From an uncultured Anaerolineales bacterium (GTDB lineage: Bacteria; Chloroflexota; Anaerolineae; UBA7937; B3-Chlor): a stretch of 56,625 bases of DNA. Below the pieces are notes generated by a model. That model saw only the letters and a program-made list of their open reading frames with translations, did no database searches and was not told the DNA's origin. Below, one piece after another: positions 21,806 through 31,502 of this stretch. The first letter of the stretch is position 1, and each line of letters starts with the position of its first letter. Location of the stretch: contig CAZNMJ010000001.1 in the NCBI GenBank assembly GCA_964573815.1, positions 1 through 56,625 of the forward strand, written 5' to 3'. A program made the position numbers and the translations under genes.

Positions 21806-22936
21806 TCAGTTCGGCCTCTCGGCCTTCAGGATATTGCCCCAATCGCCCTCTTCGCAGACGTAGAGCCAGCGAGTGTTCTGCGCGCTATCATACGCCCATT
21901 GCCAGGCAAAGCGTTCCCCATCCAGGTCGCTGCGCCCCTCGCGGCTGCAAGGCATCCTGTCGTCGGCCTCTATCGCGTCGAAGAGCGCGTGGCCCGGCGT
22001 CATGGGGATGACGGAGGGTTCCGCCAGGGCCATCAGCCGTTGCATCAGATTCTTTGGCGGAGGCGGTGGTGATATGGGGCTGTTCCGAACGTGATCGGCT
22101 ATGTACTCGCCCTCGCGCGTGCCCACCAAACAGAACCCGCGCCAGTCGGGGTTCGCGCCCGTCTGGAAGATGGAGACGTACCTGACGCGCGGGTCCGCCG
22201 AGTATTGCCTGTCGGCCTCGAAGACCCAGGCGGGGTAGTTCTCCGGGTGCGGTGCGTCCCTGAACCCGCGTTTCTCGTCGCCCGGCGGGTAGATGCCCTT
22301 GTCCCAGCCGAACTCGCTGATGAAGATTTCCGGCACCGGGATGCCCGCCGACTCCAGTATCTCAACGTCCTTTCTGTACCGGAATACGTGGTCGGGGCTC
22401 CACTCCCACAGGCCCACGGGCCAGCCATATTCGTGCTTACCGTAGTACACTTGCGGGGCGCGGAAGAACTCCTCGTAGTGAACTACCAAGGGGTAGTCCT
22501 CATGCCCCACATTCACCCCACCACCGATAGTCCAGAACCCGTGCTCGGCCATGCGCCTCGCGTACTGCGCGTCGCAGGCAGCCTTGCGTTTGATGGAATC
22601 GACAGTCTCAGTCACTCGCTCGTTGAACGACTCGCCCACGTTGCAGCCCGTCACGGCGCGCCAATGCGCGTAGTCGCGGATGTTGTGCTCGAAGAGCCTG
22701 TCGCCGCCGGGTCTTCCAGCCGCCACGCACGAGGAGGCCATGTCATCGTTCCATTTGCGCGCCCAGATGAAGGGCATGGGCCGGTTCGCCTCGTCATAGG
22801 CGGGCAGTATCCTGTCCCTCACCCAGTACGGATCGACGCCGCCAGTCAGGAACTTGATGGCCGGGAACAACGCTCGGCACAGATAACCCCTTACGTCGTC
22901 GCCCTGGCGCTGTACGTGGCCCGCGAGCTTGGTCAT
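21806..22936 (-). CDS. Glycoside-hydrolase-like putative endolysin
   Basis: TIM-barrel-type motif FISEFGWD. Positioned immediately upstream of the holin-type genes. Confidence 0.45.
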   Translation of the reverse strand: MTKLAGHVQRQGDDVRGYLCRALFPAIKFLTGGVDPYWVRDRILPAYDEANRPMPFIWARKWNDDMASSCVAAGRPGGDRLFEHNIRDYAHWRAVTGCNVGESFNERVTETVDSIKRKAACDAQYARRMAEHGFWTIGGGVNVGHEDYPLVVHYEEFFRAPQVYYGKHEYGWPVGLWEWSPDHVFRYRKDVEILESAGIPVPEIFISEFGWDKGIYPPGDEKRGFRDAPHPENYPAWVFEADRQYSADPRVRYVSIFQTGANPDWRGFCLVGTREGEYIADHVRNSPISPPPPPKNLMQRLMALAEPSVIPMTPGHALFDAIEADDRMPCSREGRSDLDGERFAWQWAYDSAQNTRWLYVCEEGDWGNILKAERPN

Positions 22937-22937
22937 A

Positions 22938-23225
22938 TCAGCGTTCCTTTACGTGGATACGAATCGTTCTCTCGTCCGTTCTCGGTGTGGCATTGTCAGT
23001 GACTATTTTATTCGTCACATCGTAACTCACCCCCGCCGTCCCGCCCGATAGCCAGATGAGAGTAGAATCTGCGTCTTCCGTCTCGGAATCGACAGTGAGA
23101 CCACTTGGCGTAACAGTCCAAGTGCTGGTGGCGATGCTCTCTCCCGATTCGAGCCAGTCTGACCAGTCAATGCCATAATCCAACACCGCGCTTGGGTCTT
23201 TGGTGTAATTCGCTACTGGTCGCAT
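22938..23225 (-). CDS. Small virion/fibre-associated protein (95 aa)
   Basis: The pattern KDPSAVLDYGIDWSDWL...IWLSGGTAGVSYDVTNKIVT recurs, as I recall, in small proteins next to phage tail-fibre genes. Confidence 0.45.
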   Translation of the reverse strand: MRPVANYTKDPSAVLDYGIDWSDWLESGESIATSTWTVTPSGLTVDSETEDADSTLIWLSGGTAGVSYDVTNKIVTDNATPRTDERTIRIHVKER

Positions 23226-23289
23226 TATGTCACGCTCCTGCTAGGAAGCCGCTGCGGTGCAAGTCACTGTCACAGTCGGGTGTTCTCAA

Positions 23290-23319
23290 TTGACAAGTCT
23301 CTGATTATGGTATTACGAT
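23290..23319 (+). promoter_or_regulatory. Promoter candidate: TTGACA, 18 nt spacer, TACGAT, for the opposite-strand endonuclease-like gene
   Basis: Hexamers read directly. Followed by TAGGAGGAGAT-ATG. Confidence 0.4.
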
Positions 23320-23346
23320 AGGATAACTCTCTAGATAGGAGGAGAT

Positions 23347-23931
23347 ATGCCGTACAAACATGGACATGCACGCAAGAGTGGGAAAAGTCATACCTACAAG
23401 AAATGGGCTGGGATGAAACGCCGCTGCGACAATCCCAATGAACGCAGTTACGCTCGATACGGTGGTCGGGGCATCTCTTACGATCCTCGCTGGTCGTCCT
23501 TCGAGAACTTTCTGGCCGATATGGGCGAATGTCCCCCAAACATGACGCTTGAGCGTTTGGATGTGGACGGCGACTATAATCCTGAGAATTGCACGTGGAT
23601 TCCGCCCAAAGAACAGCCTCGGAATCGGCGCGATACAATCCATGTTCTTTATCAAGCGCAGGAACGTAGCCTGGCAGAATGGAGCGAGATACTGGGCATT
23701 CCTTATAAGACTCTCTGGCATCGATTGCGGACGGCGGGATGGCCAGTCAAACGCGCTTTCGAAACACCAGTGAATGATTATCTTGAACAGATTAGCTATC
23801 GAGGCAAAACGCAGCATCTCGCGGCCTGGTCTCGGGAACTTGACATACCGTATCATATGCTCTACCTGCGTCTCAAGAGATATGGCTGGACAGTAGACCG
23901 AGCATTCGGGATGCCTGCACAAACTCGCTAG
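23347..23931 (+). mobile_element. Free-standing homing-endonuclease-like DNA-binding gene (194 aa) on the opposite strand inside the tail-fibre module
   Basis: N-terminal YKKWAGMKRRCDNPNERSYARYGGRGISYDPRWSSFENFLADMG...LERLDVDGDYNPENCTW is the motif usually annotated as HNH/AP2-type homing endonuclease. Two HTH-like repeats (SLAEWSEILGIPYKTLWHRL, HLAAWSRELDIPYHMLYLRL). AT-richer than the flanks. Confidence 0.6.
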
Positions 23932-24494
23932 CTGGCGGCCGCCGTGCAGGTCACGGTGACGGTCAAACTGTCATCGTCATCAATCGTCTTGTCACCCGCC
24001 GTGAACGCACCTCCACCGTAGAGTGTGCCTGAGCTGCCACCCTTGGTATCGTCGGTAGTGACGAAAGCTCCGCCGATGGTGGTATCATCGGAACTGATGG
24101 TGAAGACCGCCTTGGATGCCGTATTATCTACCGACTGACCCGAGACTGCTCCCAACGTCAGCGTCTGGCGAACGCCCTCGTCGTAGGTGGTCACCTCGAC
24201 CCATCCCGCATGGCTGGCCATTGTGTCGCCTGCGGCCACGGTCGGCGTGCCATCGGTTAGTCCCACGTACCAGGCCGCCGTGTAGCCTGAACCTTTGAGA
24301 TGCTTGTCCAGGCTATCATCTAGCCCCGCATTCACCACCAGGTTGTCAAATCCGTCCTCCCAGATAAGATCGAGCATCCAGGATGGGACCGGTTGTCCCC
24401 GTTGCCTGAGCTCTCGGACGAGAGCTCGGTAGAGCGGCTTGGGTCTGTGACATTGTACGTGAAAGTGCGTCTTCAAAGTTCGTGCCAGTTGCAT
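23928..24494 (-). CDS. Tail fibre / receptor-binding accessory protein (188 aa)
   Basis: GGAGGG SD 8 nt before ATG 24494. NLVVNAGLD...YVGL...GW.EV..Y pattern and a Gly/Thr-rich beta-type C-terminus, downstream of the LamG fibre. Confidence 0.45.
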   Translation of the reverse strand: MQLARTLKTHFHVQCHRPKPLYRALVRELRQRGQPVPSWMLDLIWEDGFDNLVVNAGLDDSLDKHLKGSGYTAAWYVGLTDGTPTVAAGDTMASHAGWVEVTTYDEGVRQTLTLGAVSGQSVDNTASKAVFTISSDDTTIGGAFVTTDDTKGGSSGTLYGGGAFTAGDKTIDDDDSLTVTVTCTAAAS

Positions 24495-24498
24495 GTCT

Positions 24499-25932
24499 TC
24501 ATCCCTCCGGGACTGTATAATCTCGATCCTCTTCTGGAACGATGTAAGTTCTGCTCTCCATCGGAATCACATATATTCTTCTCTCTGCCAAAACTATGTG
24601 AACTCTCGCACTTGGGAGTTCAAAGACTATTGTGGGGACCCCGCTGATGACTACACTTCGTGTCAGAGCGAAATCTACATCCGCCAGGGCGAGCGCCTGT
24701 GCGATTAGCGATATGGCTTGCTGTCTAGCCAAGGCTACCGACCCGGCGGCCTCAGCCTGTGCACTCCCCGCTATCCCTAAATCTCGGGCCAAGGTGAACG
24801 AGACGGGGAAATCTTGAGTTCTGGAGAGAGTCAGCCCACTGAATATCTCCGTGAGAATGGACGCCAGTGCGGTTGCCCCCCCCGCTGTTGATATCCCGCC
24901 CAGTCGTCCCAAATCTAGTATTCCCAGGCCCGCTACCTGCCCACTGGCATCTAGGCTGGCAATTCTCGCCAGAGAAGCGGTAGCTAATGCGGCAGCTAAC
25001 GCAGAGGCTGAAATATCACCATCTCGACCCAAAGTCACGTCACCAAGTCCCGCCGCCTGACTAACATCGCTTATCCCTGCCGAACGGCTCAACAATGCGC
25101 TTCCGCCTGTTGCAGCTTGGCCCGCTGCCGTCATTGCGGCCACGCGCGAGAGGGACAGAGATACGGGGTAGTCAACGCCCGCCGCCTCCCCAATCCCCCA
25201 CAGCAAATCCCAATACCGCGACACGTGCAGCCCGCTCCCCCGCGCCGTGACTATCTCGTAACGCTTGGCAGCTTCAGCAGCGGAGAAGTGGCGGCCATAT
25301 AGCCTTACTAGAGCAATGTCGCAGGGGTTGTAGCGGTCATTGTTTCCACCGCGCCGAGCGACGCTGATCGGCTCATTTGATGCGGCATACCACGCCGCGC
25401 CAGCAACTGCGTCATCATCCAGGATTCCATTGAGATAGATGTGAGGAACGCTACCGTCACAGGTAGCGACAATGTGATACCAAACGTTCGCAGTCAATGC
25501 CGTAGCACTAAGCCGCCAAAATCCCGTGGCATATTCTAAATGAGGGGGATTTGCACTATCATGTTGTAACCGCCAACCGTCGTCACCTAATCCTCCACTA
25601 GCGGCAGGCTTCGAGATTATCCCTTGCCAGTTCTCTTCGTAGGCGCGATATCTGTAAAATATCTCGATGGTCTGTCCCCCAGTGTTTACTGGGTTCTGCA
25701 CACTAGAGTGTGGGATAAGGGCATAGTCATCACTGCCGTCGAAGTAAAGCGACGTTCCGTAAGCCCTAGCTACCCATACCGCTCCACTGATAGTCGCATG
25801 CAGACCATGCCCACTATAATCGGGTAGGAGAAGGCCCGTATCCCTATCGAAGCGCCACTCTCCGACCAATCCGCGATCGAGCGGATCAGCGACGATAATG
25901 GGAGCAAGAAGCGGACTCAGGATTTCACTCAC
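24499..25932 (-). CDS. Tail fibre protein with an N-terminal LamG/concanavalin-like domain and C-terminal ~20-aa repeats
   Basis: LVGEWRFD...DYSGHGLHATISG...LYFDGSDDYALIP...WYHIVATCDG...IYLNG fits Laminin_G_3 (expected PF13385). C-terminal repeats have the form L-x-R-x-x-x-I-S...QA-x-G. Confidence 0.65.
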   Translation of the reverse strand: MSEILSPLLAPIIVADPLDRGLVGEWRFDRDTGLLLPDYSGHGLHATISGAVWVARAYGTSLYFDGSDDYALIPHSSVQNPVNTGGQTIEIFYRYRAYEENWQGIISKPAASGGLGDDGWRLQHDSANPPHLEYATGFWRLSATALTANVWYHIVATCDGSVPHIYLNGILDDDAVAGAAWYAASNEPISVARRGGNNDRYNPCDIALVRLYGRHFSAAEAAKRYEIVTARGSGLHVSRYWDLLWGIGEAAGVDYPVSLSLSRVAAMTAAGQAATGGSALLSRSAGISDVSQAAGLGDVTLGRDGDISASALAAALATASLARIASLDASGQVAGLGILDLGRLGGISTAGGATALASILTEIFSGLTLSRTQDFPVSFTLARDLGIAGSAQAEAAGSVALARQQAISLIAQALALADVDFALTRSVVISGVPTIVFELPSARVHIVLAERRIYVIPMESRTYIVPEEDRDYTVPEG

Positions 25933-26294
25933 TAGAGACTTACTCCGTCCTTGCGGTAGTCCATGTCCGCCGAGGTGATAGTATCCGTCGTACCAGACCG
26001 CTTCACGCCGATGCGGAACTTGTAGACGCCGCCCACCGTGAAGCTAACTTGGTTCGGATCGATGGCCTTATCTATCTCCAACTGTCGGAAGGGCGTGTCA
26101 TCCCATTCCTCCGAGCTATCATCCAGCGTGCCGTATACCGAGACCACGAGGTTGTCGTTGGGGCTTGCCACCGGATTGTACTCAATGACCACGTGGCAAA
26201 GCTCGCGTGGATTCAATTGCGGCGTCTCGTCGAAGAACTGCTCAGTGGTGATATCGGTAAGTTGCGTCGCACTTTGCTTTGATCCCCAAGCCAT
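25932..26294 (-). CDS. Hypothetical virion protein (120 aa)
   Basis: ORF coupled to the downstream fibre gene (shared base at 25932). Confidence 0.55.
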   Translation of the reverse strand: MAWGSKQSATQLTDITTEQFFDETPQLNPRELCHVVIEYNPVASPNDNLVVSVYGTLDDSSEEWDDTPFRQLEIDKAIDPNQVSFTVGGVYKFRIGVKRSGTTDTITSADMDYRKDGVSL

Positions 26295-26304
26295 GTATCA
26301 CCTC

Positions 26305-26664
26305 CTATCCATCGAACCGATGACCAACAAACTCATATTTATCTTTGTACTCATCCAGAGCTTGCTGAGCCTTTTGGGTCCGTATGGCACGCACCACATC
26401 CTTTTTTTGCGAAAATGTCAATCCAGCGTCAGGCATAATTACGTGCGGATACAACGTGGCTTCACCCGCATCCAGAGCAGCCAGTTCAGCAGCCGTGATA
26501 ACTGGGTCAGGGCCACTCGTCAAGATGATCTCCACCCTACCAGACGGAAACGGGACCACGTTCTGCCCACCAATCTGTTTCCTCTGCGCTGGCGGAATAT
26601 CATACCAAAAGTAAAGAGACCAGAGACCCCGATCGTGCGAACGTACGATGCACTCATTCGCCAT
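26305..26664 (-). CDS. Hypothetical virion protein (119 aa)
   Basis: ORF in the tail module. No motif recognised. Confidence 0.55.
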   Translation of the reverse strand: MANECIVRSHDRGLWSLYFWYDIPPAQRKQIGGQNVVPFPSGRVEIILTSGPDPVITAAELAALDAGEATLYPHVIMPDAGLTFSQKKDVVRAIRTQKAQQALDEYKDKYEFVGHRFDG

Positions 26665-26694
26665 GTCATATCCCCCATTCTTCTCGCCAGGCTA

Positions 26695-27102
26695 CTATTC
26701 TTCTTCCGGTTGCTCCCCGTCCACGCAAAGCAGCTCGCACAGATCGGCGAGTATCGCCCCGCCAACTTTGATATTTCCCAAGTCGTCCACCGTCAGGGTT
26801 TCCCCCGGGTACTCCCATTCCCCCGAGTACATCTCGTTCACAGCAGCCGCAAATGCTAGGCTGTCCTCACCGGTTGCAAACGACGCTTGATTCTTCAGAA
26901 TGATGAGTTTGCCGTCCTCATCCTTCTTGCCCCATCGCTGCAGAAGCTCGTTGCGCAGCCCCTGCAAATCCCGGGCGTGCTCACGAAGTAGCCTGAGCAT
27001 CTTCCGGACTTTGAGAGCCGAGAGCACAGGCATTTCTTTCCGACCCAATAGCTCCAGAGCCGGAAGGACTTGGTTAATGATTGAACCGTTCCTGAGTTTC
27101 AT
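26695..27102 (-). CDS. Hypothetical tail-module protein (135 aa)
   Basis: TAGGAGGAGCA-ATG at 27102, immediately after the stop of the 1463-aa gene. Confidence 0.55.
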   Translation of the reverse strand: MKLRNGSIINQVLPALELLGRKEMPVLSALKVRKMLRLLREHARDLQGLRNELLQRWGKKDEDGKLIILKNQASFATGEDSLAFAAAVNEMYSGEWEYPGETLTVDDLGNIKVGGAILADLCELLCVDGEQPEEE

Positions 27103-27110
27103 TGCTCCTC

Positions 27111-30100
27111 CTACACCCCTATCTTGATGCTGTCGTCGTCGGTGTCGTGCCAAAGTTCCCCGGCAGCAGCACCCGCGGCCCCCTGCGTAGCCCCCGATTT
27201 GATCGCTTCTGGGAAGATGCCACCGTCTGGATTGATCGTCAGGGCGATGACCGCCGATCCCGCGTCGTAGGTGAACAAACGGAACCTGCCGCTGTTGTTG
27301 GCCCCGTATCGCTCCATGTTCATCTGAACCAATCGATCCTCGGAACCGCCTGCTACGGCGTCATTGATCGCCGCAAGAACACCCACGGCAGCGTTGCTGG
27401 TTTGATCCCCAACCATCTCTAATACGCTGTATGTCGAAGCGTCAAGAGTAGCGATAGTAAGGGTACGATCACCCGCCAGATTCTCTGCTTGAATTGCTTG
27501 TGCTCCTATGCCAGCGTCGCCATCTAACGCTAGGTCTGCGTTGCCAGAACCGGAATTGACGAGCGTCAACCCACCGTCTACATCCAATTTCAGCTGGACA
27601 CCCGTGCCAGCAGCCTTACCGCAAGACCAGAGCATATAAGCCGAAGGCGTAGAGCTATTGATTTCCCCTCTCATCCATGCGTAAACATAACCAGTATTTG
27701 GGCTTATCAACGACAAAGCTGCATCCTGTTGTGTACCCAAAGTGTCCGTCCCATAGATTCTCAGGAAAGTTTCCTCAGAATCATTCTTCCATCGAAATCC
27801 CTTCCATCCTACGTCGCCTTCAATGAGAGTGATTCCCCCATCTGTATCAACGTAAACTCCTACTTGGATCCCACCCGGGCCGCCCCGGAAGTTCAGCCTG
27901 CCCTCGCTCTGATCCCAGAACAGGTTGGCTTTGTCGGTCGCCACCTGCCCGAGGATCAGGTCCGCGTTGGTCTGCCACTGGCCAACCAGGATATTGTTCG
28001 CGTAGATGCGAATGCCGTTCGTGGCCTCGACGGTGATATAGTCATCCTCGTATTTCCCGAACGCTGCGCCATAGGTCGTCGCGCTGTACCCATAGATCCC
28101 GTTCAAATTGCCCATCGCCCAGTGGGGCGTCCAATCGTTGTAGGTGTCGCTATTCCGAACGTTGCCCACGATGGTCGGGCCTTCTTCGCTCGCGGATTTG
28201 ATCCCGTGAATGGAGTAAATATCAATGAAACCGTCGCCAGCCGTCCCCGTATTCACGACCGCGTCACTCGCGCTCCAGGCGTTGCCCCCCGTCTCGTCCA
28301 AATCGCGAGTCACGTCGTAGCTATATTCAGCCAAGCCGACATGTATTTCGTCGAAATACGCTATGCCCGTGTCGGTCGCGGGGCAGTAGAGAGTCAATCG
28401 CATCGCCACGCATCCGGGCGGGGCGATGAAATAACGAGAGGCCAGCCCATAAGTGGCCGTGACATTGCCCGTGCTTTTTCGGTAGTAAAGATTCACGTTG
28501 TTGGTAACGTCCAATAGGCTGAACCGCCCCGCGTAAGTGCCGTCGCCACGCGACCAAATTCGCAACCTGTACGCCTTCCCCGGCGTGACAACAATATCCT
28601 GTTGGACGTAGGTTAGAGTCGACCCCCCCGCCGTCGCCTTCATGGCGTCGTTCCCGGCGTATTGAAGGGTCGTCTCGTTGGCCAGCGCCCCATCGCCCGC
28701 GGTCTCCGTCCAGTTGGCCCAAATGTCCGCCCCGCCATCCCCCGGCGTCTCGAAACCGCCATTGGACAACAAGTTGGTGCTGATCGTCCAACTGCTCGTT
28801 ATGGCCATGAATTCGACCCAGCCGTGCGCCTCCATCCACACCCTGTCGCCACTGGCCATCTCGTTGTGCTTCACGTAGATGGTGGTATCGTCAAAAGCTA
28901 TGTCCCTGGTGAGATACGTCGTGGGCGCCACTACAACACGGCCCCCGATGGTGGCGACGGTGTCCTGCGCCACCAGTGTCTGCGCATAAAGCTCGGCGAC
29001 GTGGAGGGTCAGGAATGGCTTTTGCACGGAGCCGAGATTCACGTCATAGCCAGTCGTCGGCTTCACAAAATTGTTGGTCGGGTTGAAATCCAGATCGCCC
29101 GCCGGGGCGACGGTGATGTCGCCCGCCGTGCTCGTGATGCTCTCGGCCCCCTGGAACTCCAGCGTGCCGTCAACGTCTATACCCGCGCCGAAAGTGTGCA
29201 GGGCTGCCCAGACGAACGCCGCACCGAGATCGACGCGCAAGTCGGCACTCGAAAACTCCAGGCCGCTCCAGGCGGCCACCAAATCCACGGCCACGGCGTT
29301 GGCGCTAACGACGATACCGTCGCCCGCTCCAACGGCATAAGCATTACTCGTCCAAGCTAGTCCTGCGCCTGCATAGGTTGAAAGAGCTACCCAGGAAGGC
29401 GTGAAGGGGTCTGTGCCAGTAACGGGCACCTGATATTGAGCCGAGCCGACCGAGAGGCCCACAGTATCCGCGCCTACTGTGATGAGAGTGCCAGCCCCAA
29501 CTGCCAGCGTGTACGCTTCTCCCACCCCTGCATCCGTGCCAGTCAGTCCACCACCAGGGGTGAGGATGCGCTCGTTGGCTATATGCCCTGACGCGGCCAG
29601 GGTCAGGAACTGCGCAGCGGCGAACCCAGCCAAGTCCACTCCGTCCACCGTGCCACCGACAGTGATATTGCCCGTAGCTTCCAGGGCCGTGAAGGTGCCA
29701 GGGGCGGGGCTATCGCCTCCGATCACCACGTTGTCTATGGTTCCAGAGTCTATGTCCACAAAGCTGGAGAACTGAATCGCAACCCGCAGGGCGGTCAGCG
29801 ATGCCTCGCCCGCCTCCAATTGGCTGACCCGCCGCTCCATGTCAGTGACGAAGCCGCTGTCGCTGTCTGGCCAAGCGTTGGTCGTGGCCAATTCCATCGC
29901 CACGACGCGGACCCCGTCCAACCCCACCTCTGTCGTCACCTCCAAGATGTGAAGGGTTGCGTCAATGTCCACGGCACGATAGCCGTTTACGAACCGCCGA
30001 TACACCACTCGGATGGTCTGGCCTGGATACACCGTCCCATCGAGCTTCACGACCCGCATCCGATAGGCCGTCTGAGCGGCGATGTGTTTGCTCAGGTACT

Positions 30101-31502
30101 GATGCGCGGCGTCGGCCAACTGGTTCGCGGCCATCTCCGAGGACACTGAGGCATCATCGGAAGCTCCGATGTCCCCCCAACTGACAACCTTGTCTATCCG
30201 AACTTCTGCCGCATCGTACTCGATGTAATTGTCGGCTGTGTTGACGGTGTACCCAGCATAGCTGTTGGTCGCGGCGGCCAACGTCACGCGCCCACTACCC
30301 CTCCCCGCGCCATAGGGGTAGATGCGCGAGATGATCTCGTAATTGTCCTCGCTTTTGGTGAGCTCTTGGATGAGACACACCTTCTCGTTGTCTACCAGGC
30401 TAGGACCGTGCCCGCCTGCCTCAGCCCTATAGCCAGAAGCGTCTGCCGAGGTCAGCCAAACCACCTTCTTGCCCGTACCCAGCCGGAAGTGCTCTCCCGT
30501 CACCTCGGCTAGTCGCATCAGCGCGGTCAGCACCGACACGCCCGCAAAGACCATGTAGGTCGGTTCGTCCGACTCCTCTGGGTCTCCGCCTGCGTCTACC
30601 ACGCTCCAGCCAGCCGGAGCAAATGCCATGATGTCCGCCACGGGGGTGGTGGAGGGGGTCTCCTCCTTGATCTGAATCTCCGAGAAGTCCACGGTGTCAA
30701 GGTTCTCGGACGACTCATCGGTGAACCAGAAGCGTATCCAGTACTGCTCTATGCCCGCGTGTGAGGTCGGCCTCCAATCATCCGCGTCAGGCCGCGTCCA
30801 AGTCACATCGCCCGTCTGAGCGAATGTCGCCCCGCCAGACGCTGTGCCATCACTCAACCCCGCTACTTCTGTCCATCCAGCACCGCTAAAGTAGGCCGCG
30901 TGGAGGGTTGAGGAGTTGTTGTTCAGGACCCCATTCAGAATCCAACGTGTCAGAGCAAAGCGCGTCTCATGCCCAACGTAGAGGAAGTCCCCAAATACGG
31001 TCCCATTGCCATGGTAGTACAGCTTATCCGTGTAGTGCGTGCCCGTGTTTCCGTCCAGGGCGGCATCCATCCGAATGTTGGTCGGGTTGTTTGGGTCTTC
31101 GCCTGGGCCGAGATAGTACGCTTGGTTCGGGGTCGAATAGGCTGCCGCCACGTCGTAGAGCACCAAGTCGCCCACCGTCTGGTAGGCTAGTTCGCGGAAT
31201 AGGTCATCTCCTGCGATACTCAGCACTGGCACTGCCCGTGCACCCACCGCTACGCCAAGCCGATCAATAATCCCCGCACCGATCTCGGTGTAGGTCTCAT
31301 CCACCATTCCCATGCAGTGCGCGTATCGCTTAGCTATCAAGAGAGCGGCCCGGGCGTCGCCAGCAGGCATCTCGAATCCGAACGTTCCGGCCCGATCTTG
31401 CCGACGCACGCCCGTCCACCGCGTAGCCGTAGCGATCGGGCCAGGCTCGTAGCTGGCTCCTGCTGCGTTCCTCACATCAACTAGAATGCGCATAACTTCC
31501 AC
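27111..31502 (-). CDS. Large tail tip / host-specificity protein (1463 aa) with a CBM-like module
   Basis: Its size and its position after Dit fit this call. Internal NLLSNGGFETPGDGGADIWANW...AYRLRIWSRGDG resembles a CBM_4_9-type carbohydrate-binding module. Confidence 0.65.
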   Translation of the reverse strand: MEVMRILVDVRNAAGASYEPGPIATATRWTGVRRQDRAGTFGFEMPAGDARAALLIAKRYAHCMGMVDETYTEIGAGIIDRLGVAVGARAVPVLSIAGDDLFRELAYQTVGDLVLYDVAAAYSTPNQAYYLGPGEDPNNPTNIRMDAALDGNTGTHYTDKLYYHGNGTVFGDFLYVGHETRFALTRWILNGVLNNNSSTLHAAYFSGAGWTEVAGLSDGTASGGATFAQTGDVTWTRPDADDWRPTSHAGIEQYWIRFWFTDESSENLDTVDFSEIQIKEETPSTTPVADIMAFAPAGWSVVDAGGDPEESDEPTYMVFAGVSVLTALMRLAEVTGEHFRLGTGKKVVWLTSADASGYRAEAGGHGPSLVDNEKVCLIQELTKSEDNYEIISRIYPYGAGRGSGRVTLAAATNSYAGYTVNTADNYIEYDAAEVRIDKVVSWGDIGASDDASVSSEMAANQLADAAHQYLSKHIAAQTAYRMRVVKLDGTVYPGQTIRVVYRRFVNGYRAVDIDATLHILEVTTEVGLDGVRVVAMELATTNAWPDSDSGFVTDMERRVSQLEAGEASLTALRVAIQFSSFVDIDSGTIDNVVIGGDSPAPGTFTALEATGNITVGGTVDGVDLAGFAAAQFLTLAASGHIANERILTPGGGLTGTDAGVGEAYTLAVGAGTLITVGADTVGLSVGSAQYQVPVTGTDPFTPSWVALSTYAGAGLAWTSNAYAVGAGDGIVVSANAVAVDLVAAWSGLEFSSADLRVDLGAAFVWAALHTFGAGIDVDGTLEFQGAESITSTAGDITVAPAGDLDFNPTNNFVKPTTGYDVNLGSVQKPFLTLHVAELYAQTLVAQDTVATIGGRVVVAPTTYLTRDIAFDDTTIYVKHNEMASGDRVWMEAHGWVEFMAITSSWTISTNLLSNGGFETPGDGGADIWANWTETAGDGALANETTLQYAGNDAMKATAGGSTLTYVQQDIVVTPGKAYRLRIWSRGDGTYAGRFSLLDVTNNVNLYYRKSTGNVTATYGLASRYFIAPPGCVAMRLTLYCPATDTGIAYFDEIHVGLAEYSYDVTRDLDETGGNAWSASDAVVNTGTAGDGFIDIYSIHGIKSASEEGPTIVGNVRNSDTYNDWTPHWAMGNLNGIYGYSATTYGAAFGKYEDDYITVEATNGIRIYANNILVGQWQTNADLILGQVATDKANLFWDQSEGRLNFRGGPGGIQVGVYVDTDGGITLIEGDVGWKGFRWKNDSEETFLRIYGTDTLGTQQDAALSLISPNTGYVYAWMRGEINSSTPSAYMLWSCGKAAGTGVQLKLDVDGGLTLVNSGSGNADLALDGDAGIGAQAIQAENLAGDRTLTIATLDASTYSVLEMVGDQTSNAAVGVLAAINDAVAGGSEDRLVQMNMERYGANNSGRFRLFTYDAGSAVIALTINPDGGIFPEAIKSGATQGAAGAAAGELWHDTDDDSIKIGV

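Noticed and set aside
23305-23922. 205-aa minus-strand ORF that would keep the late operon continuous
   Set aside because: It is antisense to the plus-strand gene, which has clear homing-endonuclease-type motifs, a strong SD and a promoter. The minus-frame translation is Cys/Arg-rich with no motif.
24499-31502. Diversity-generating retroelement targeting the fibre/LamG genes
   Set aside because: There is no reverse transcriptase anywhere in the window. I also saw no template/variable repeat pair at the DNA level.
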